Positions 27,706 to 32,000 of a DNA stretch of 32,000 nucleotides are shown piece by piece. Origin of the DNA: Telmatocola sphagniphila (GTDB taxonomy: Bacteria > Planctomycetota > Planctomycetia > Gemmatales > Gemmataceae). A program made the translations under genes and the position numbers. The DNA is taken from positions 4,500,001 through 4,532,000 of the forward strand of contig NZ_CP074694.1 of the NCBI RefSeq assembly GCF_018398935.1, given 5' to 3'. How positions within the stretch are numbered: position 1 is the first letter of the stretch; every line of letters begins with the position of its first letter. Below the pieces are notes generated by a model. It saw only the letters and a program-made list of their open reading frames with translations, did not search any database and had not been told where the DNA came from.

Positions 27706-28276
27706 TAGATCGCATACTCCTCCTCCTGAATGCGATGGATGCGGAATTAATACAAACAGCCGCCGGAGCACGACTGAGCCTTTATCATATCGGTAGATCG
27801 GCACTGGTTTGGAAGCATGGCTTTCAAGCGGCGACAGAGGATATAGATGTCGTAATGCCCGTGGCGACCAGAGGTTAATTAACGAAGCAATACGCTTATT
27901 TGGACGTGGAACACCAAAAGCGAAGGAATACAACCTCTATATCGAGGTTGTTCCCGAAGCCCTGCCACCCGTTGGAGGTGGTTTCTACAAACGTGCGACT
28001 GAAGTGAATGGAAAATGGAAGGTAATTCGATTATTTCATCTGGAAGACCACGATTTTGCAGTCACGAAATTGAAGAGATTCTCGCAGAAAGATCAGTCGG
28101 ATATTCGAGAAATGTGCGATCGTGAGCTCCTTGATCCAAAATTACTGGAAGATCGTCTGGTTGCCGCTTTTCCCTTTAGACATGAAAAGGATGAAGATAA
28201 GGGGCGCGAAGCCGCAGAAGAAAATATCAAGATTGTTCTGAATTACCTCCAGGGAGGAGACTGGGCATTGACATAA
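27702..28276 (+). pseudogene. Minimal nucleotidyltransferase-fold protein (DUF6036-like), frameshifted
   Basis: Frame A (27702-27878, below the 60-aa ORF cutoff) reads LIDRILLLLNAMDAELIQTAAGARLSLYHIGRSALVWKHGFQAATEDIDVVMPVATRG*, carrying the G-[RS]-S...D-I-D NTase motif. The continuation is in another frame: QRLINEAIRLFGRGTPKAKEYNLYIEVVPE...VIRLFHLEDHDFAVTKLKRFSQKDQSDIREMC. The frame break lies near 27850-27878. Confidence 0.55.
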
Positions 28277-28428
28277 ACCTACTTTAAAGAAGGTCGTGGA
28301 ATTCTGACAGTTAAAAAAATTGAGGATCTCAACCAGAAGTTCTGAGCCAGCTTGCTCTCAGATATCGACTACTCCCCATTTTTCCGAAGAGTAGTCCGCG
28401 TGTATTCAAATACCTTTCAATTCAACTA

Positions 28429-28818
28429 TCAGCTTTTCTCGCGCTTGCCGTCAATCTCGAAATCCCGCTTTTCGCCACCGGCATCCACTGCACCTTTGCC
28501 TTTGAGCTTATCGCCGGTGATCGTCAGCTTGTATTCGACCGTAAACGTGTTATCCATAACTTTTCGATCGGCCGTGAAGGTCAGCGTGTTATCTTTGAAT
28601 TTGACGTCCTTAAGCTTCACATCCTTCTGATCGGCCCAGGAAATGGTTCCCTCATATTTCTCGCCATCCTTCTTGATGGTCAAAGTAGAGGTTCGCTTCA
28701 TACCGCCGATGTCGTACTCGCACTTCCAGCTACCGACCGGATTGGCCGCCTTGTCATCCTTCGCGCCTACCAGGCTGCAGATCCCGAGGACCAACGCCAT
28801 TGAGAGAATTGCTTTCAT
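28429..28818 (-). CDS. Small secreted beta-rich hypothetical protein
   Basis: Start chosen at MKAILSMALVLGICSLVGA (signal peptide). The mature part has alternating-polarity strands (WKCEYDIGGMKRTSTLTIKKDGEKYEGTISW...TFTVEYKLTITGDKLKGKG). Confidence 0.5.
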   Translation of the reverse strand: MKAILSMALVLGICSLVGAKDDKAANPVGSWKCEYDIGGMKRTSTLTIKKDGEKYEGTISWADQKDVKLKDVKFKDNTLTFTADRKVMDNTFTVEYKLTITGDKLKGKGAVDAGGEKRDFEIDGKREKS

Positions 28819-29102
28819 AATCGTCTCCGAAAAATGATGAAAGGTGAACGCCCGACGCGGAAGATCTCCCTTCATCGGCTGACATTCTAGGGATGCCAGC
28901 AAGGCTGGTCAGCTTGGGTCGAGGAAGTTGTTAGCAACTGCGAAGTCTACCTCCGCCCAATAATTCAGACTTAAAAAAACAGGAGGTCTCCCCACTTTCA
29001 CTCCTTCTTGTCCATTCCCGTAACCCCCTATTCGGTCATTCACTCGAAACCGGACGGCTTGGATGCGTGAAGCTTTCCGTAAAAACTCGGAAAGAGAGCC
29101 GT

Positions 29103-29432
29103 TCATTTTTTCGGTAATGTCCGAACGAAATTCAAGGCTTGGTCGATCCATTGCTGCAGCTGATCGTCCTCCTCGACTCCCTCCGGTCCGACCATTACCC
29201 AGCCCTTCATCGCTCGACCCGTGATATCGAATTCTCGAACGTGGGATTCCAACAAAGCGTTTTCATATTGATCGGGTCCCAGACGAACGATCAGTGAATC
29301 CTTGAGAACCCCGACCAGCATATTACCCTGGAGAAGGAACCCTACGCCGCCAAACATTTTCTTTTCCACGATTCCTGAGGTATGAGTGAGAACCTCGCGG
29401 ATTCGGATCGCTAGGGACTCGTCATAAGCCAT
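29103..29432 (-). CDS. TfoX/Sxy N-terminal-domain family protein
   Basis: MAYDESLAIRIREVL...VEKKMFGGVGFLLQGNMLVGVLKDSLIVRL...FDITGRAMKGWVMV matches the TfoX_N pattern (..KkMFGG.gf...Gnm...v.....l.lR.). Confidence 0.75.
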   Translation of the reverse strand: MAYDESLAIRIREVLTHTSGIVEKKMFGGVGFLLQGNMLVGVLKDSLIVRLGPDQYENALLESHVREFDITGRAMKGWVMVGPEGVEEDDQLQQWIDQALNFVRTLPKK

Positions 29433-29938
29433 CGGTGTCTCACTTTCGCCAACCGTCTGAATTAAATTATTTTTATCAATGACTGGTTTTCAACGAGTGT
29501 TCGAAGAACCGTTTTCTGCCGTGAAATCCTGGCTCGATCGCTGGAAAAATTCGCAGGGTTAATTTCATAGCATCCCATGATCTCAGGCACTTCGCGGATC
29601 CCGAATATCGAACCGTTCTTTTTAACTTCCAGAAATCAAAATGGTATGAGACATCCATTATTTCCTAGCCTCAATCTTTTGCACTCAAGCGAACCGACAT
29701 CCACCTTCGCAAATTATTTTCTATATTTTCATCGAATGAATATTTTTCTCTTGTAAGCAGATAACAAAATGTTATGAATTGTCTTAGTTGATGCGAATTC
29801 GAATCAACATTCATTATCTAGCGTTTTAAATTCTTGATTTTTGCGAGCTTTTTTTACTCTCCGTTTTGTTCGCAAAAGACTGCGGCCATCCGAACGTTCT
29901 GTTACGTTCTCATCTCTTTTTTTAAGGACGGGCTGAGC

Positions 29939-30850
29939 ATGAAAAATTTCACTTGTAGGTCTCGAAAAAAGGCTTTCACCCTGATCGAACTCCTTGTTGT
30001 AATTGCGATTATCGCAATTCTCATCGGACTGCTGTTGCCGGCCGTCCAGAAAGTCCGCGAAGCGGCCGCCCGCATGAAATGTAGTAATAACCTCAAGCAA
30101 ATTGGTCTTGCCTGCCACAACTACTCAGGGGTTTACGGCTATTTTCCCGCCGGCTACTACAACGGCGCGCTGGATCCGACATTCACCTATACCGGTTGGC
30201 AGCTGCAACTGCTTCCCTATCTGGAACAAAATCCCCTGTGGAACAACAGCTATACATGGTTGAAAGCCAATCCGGGCAATACGGACAACAATTCCTATCC
30301 TGCCTGCGGTTTTAATATGTCGATGTTCGTTTGCCCTTCCAACACGCGACCCACCACTATCAACTACGGCGGCGTCACCTATGAGATCGAATCCTATATG
30401 GGCGTTACCGGAACCAGTAGCAATAATCCGGTTTCTGCAGACGGCATTCTCTATGTGAACGCGAAAGTTGCCTTCACCGATATCACCGACGGCACTTCCA
30501 ACACAGCCATGGTCGGCGAACGGCCCTGCACGGGCGATCAATACTACGGTTGGGGTTTCGCCCCGTACGGGACCGGAGCGGGAGATGGGGATACCGTTTT
30601 GGGTTCCCAGGACGTTGCACTCGCTCTTACCCTGGGCGACGTCGCCACCAACATCGGATTTAAAGCGCCCATTGCACCGCCGAGCAACACGGCCGAAATC
30701 GATGGCGCGCACTTCTGGAGCTTCCACACGGGCGGCGGCAATTTCCTGTACGCAGATGGCTCGGTGCACTTTCTGAGCTATAGTATTGCCGGCCCGATCT
30801 TCCCCCAGTTGTGCACCCGCAACGGCGGCGAAGTATTCCCCACTCCCTGA
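29939..30850 (+). CDS. DUF1559 domain protein with canonical type IV prepilin-like N-terminus
   Basis: [113 protein letters not shown]. The start is taken at ATG 29939, not the upstream ORF opening. Confidence 0.85.
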   Translation: MKNFTCRSRKKAFTLIELLVVIAIIAILIGLLLPAVQKVREAAARMKCSNNLKQIGLACHNYSGVYGYFPAGYYNGALDPTFTYTGWQLQLLPYLEQNPLWNNSYTWLKANPGNTDNNSYPACGFNMSMFVCPSNTRPTTINYGGVTYEIESYMGVTGTSSNNPVSADGILYVNAKVAFTDITDGTSNTAMVGERPCTGDQYYGWGFAPYGTGAGDGDTVLGSQDVALALTLGDVATNIGFKAPIAPPSNTAEIDGAHFWSFHTGGGNFLYADGSVHFLSYSIAGPIFPQLCTRNGGEVFPTP

Positions 30851-30878
30851 GCACCCTTCGAGTCGGAGAAACTTAGAC

Positions 30879-31310
30879 ATGCACTGGATATCCTCCTGGC
30901 GAACCCTCGGTTTCGCCCTCGCCCTATCGTTGGCCACGTCGGGATGCGGAGTGCCTCACTACGAAGTTACTGGCAAAGTTACTTATAATGGAGCTCCGTT
31001 AGCGAAATCGGGCGGCAAAATCGTCTTCGTGGGCTTCAACGGAGATCAGGCGGCGGCTGATATTGCCGAAGACGGGACCTACAAAGCCCCCGGCGTGGTG
31101 GCGGGGCCCAATCAGGTGGCGGTCTATTACCCGAATCCGAAAGCCAGCCGCGATAAGTCGACCAAACTGAAACCGGGCGAGTATCGAACCAGTATCCCTC
31201 CTCTTCTGACACCGTCAAGTTATGCGGATGCCACAAAGTCGGGGCTGGGCTGTCAGGTCGCCAAGAACGAAACTTTCGACGTCGATATTAAAGGACCTAA
31301 AATTCCCTGA
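30879..31310 (+). CDS. Small putative lipoprotein (carboxypeptidase-regulatory-like beta-sandwich), the usual DUF1559 downstream partner
   Basis: MHWISSWRTLGFALALSLATSGC has a signal peptide with Cys, followed by YEVTGKVTYNGAPLAKSGGKIVFVG...DGTYKAPGVVAGPNQVAVY. It starts 29 nt after the DUF1559 stop. Confidence 0.55.
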   Translation: MHWISSWRTLGFALALSLATSGCGVPHYEVTGKVTYNGAPLAKSGGKIVFVGFNGDQAAADIAEDGTYKAPGVVAGPNQVAVYYPNPKASRDKSTKLKPGEYRTSIPPLLTPSSYADATKSGLGCQVAKNETFDVDIKGPKIP

Positions 31311-31502
31311 TCCCCTCGCCTTCCAACAGTCAAAAATGCAACTCGGGCTGAAACCCTCCCCCAGCGGGAAGGCCAGCCCCGACCGCTCCAAATTTCGCCT
31401 CGTTTTTCTGCGCTTTTTCCAATTGCACTCCTTCAATATTCGGATTACCATTAATGCATCGCCCCACTCTCCTGCCATGCCTCTTTCTGGAGGTTCTCTT
31501 CA

Positions 31503-32000
31503 ATGCTTTCGATTCTGGGTAACACCCACCGCTTTTGCGATCGGCTCCATCGCCGCAATTTTCTGCAAATCGGTGCCTTTGGCGCCGGCCTGACTTTGAC
31601 CGACATGCTCCGGCACCAGGCCAAAGCCGCCGAACAAAAAAATCGTCCGACCCGACAAAAATCCGCCATCATGATCTACCTGCCCGGCGGCCCGTCGCAC
31701 ATGGACATGTACGACCTCAAACCCAACGCCCCGGCCGAGTTCCGCGGTGAATTCAAACCGATCAAAACCAATGTCCCCGGCATCGAGATCTGCGAGCATA
31801 TGCCGATGCAGGCGCGGATGGCCGATAAATTTTCCCTCATCCGGTCGCTGGTGGCCGTCGACGAACACTCCGACTCCCAGGTCATGACCGGTTACAGTGA
31901 AGCGATCAATCGCGTTGCCTCGCATCCCTCCTTCGGCTCGGTAATTTCGAAACTCCGTTCCGGAACTTCGGACATTCCCCCTTTCGTCAGCTTGCGCGGC
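31503..32000 (+). CDS. DUF1501 (sulfatase-like) protein with Tat-type signal, 3' end outside the window
   Basis: Open to the window edge, so absent from the ORF track. It reads MLSILGNTHRFCDRLHRRNFLQIGAFGAGLTL...SAIMIYLPGGPSHMDMYDLKPNAPAEFRGEFKPIKTNVPGIEICEHMPMQARMADKFSLIRS, the DUF1501 signature. Confidence 0.8.
   Translation, partial: MLSILGNTHRFCDRLHRRNFLQIGAFGAGLTLTDMLRHQAKAAEQKNRPTRQKSAIMIYLPGGPSHMDMYDLKPNAPAEFRGEFKPIKTNVPGIEICEHMPMQARMADKFSLIRSLVAVDEHSDSQVMTGYSEAINRVASHPSFGSVISKLRSGTSDIPPFVSLRG

Noticed and set aside
29476-29658. 60-aa minus-strand ORF in the AT-rich gap upstream of the DUF1559 gene
   Set aside because: No ribosome-binding context or family resemblance, and its length sits at the noise threshold for this composition.
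1-32000. CRISPR arrays, tRNA/rRNA genes, integrases, reverse transcriptases and phage structural genes
   Set aside because: Reading both strands, I found no regularly spaced short direct repeats, no cloverleaf-like or rRNA-like conserved stretches, and no ORF with recombinase, RT or capsid/terminase motifs. This cannot be fully excluded without tRNAscan or Infernal.

Overview
The window looks like chromosomal DNA from a Planctomycetota-like organism. This is an inference from gene content: DUF1559 prepilin-like proteins, a DUF1501 protein, a Cys-type sulfatase with a formylglycine-generating enzyme, and predicted porins. I can support about 30 protein-coding genes. I saw no rRNA, tRNA or CRISPR array. 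The housekeeping and accessory genes include a YjbQ 3' end, a TMEM175-like channel, a sulfatase/FGE/porin/glycosidase cluster, a NagD-like HAD phosphatase, two VOC proteins, a 1120-aa SWIM+SNF2 helicase, a TfoX-like protein and a DUF1559-lipoprotein-DUF1501 cluster. The notable content is genome decay and mobile-element activity, not a recognisable new multi-gene system. (1) There are two copies of a single-ORF IS66-family element, each with its own 8-bp target-site duplication. One copy is frameshifted and splits a DUF4160-like / DUF2442+HTH gene pair. The other is intact and interrupts the third member of a tandem array of atypical DUF1559 paralogs. (2) An ATP synthase beta N-terminus is joined directly to a gamma subunit body, which is best explained as an internally deleted N-ATPase-type operon. 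(3) A duplicated, diverged yjbQ 3' end with a 14-bp identical core brackets a 3.3-kb islet in an att-like arrangement. (4) An HTH protein and a minimal nucleotidyltransferase form a TA-like pair with the NTase frameshifted. (5) The arylsulfatase is frameshifted at an A-run. All family names come from reading the translations and recalling motifs; no database search was run.
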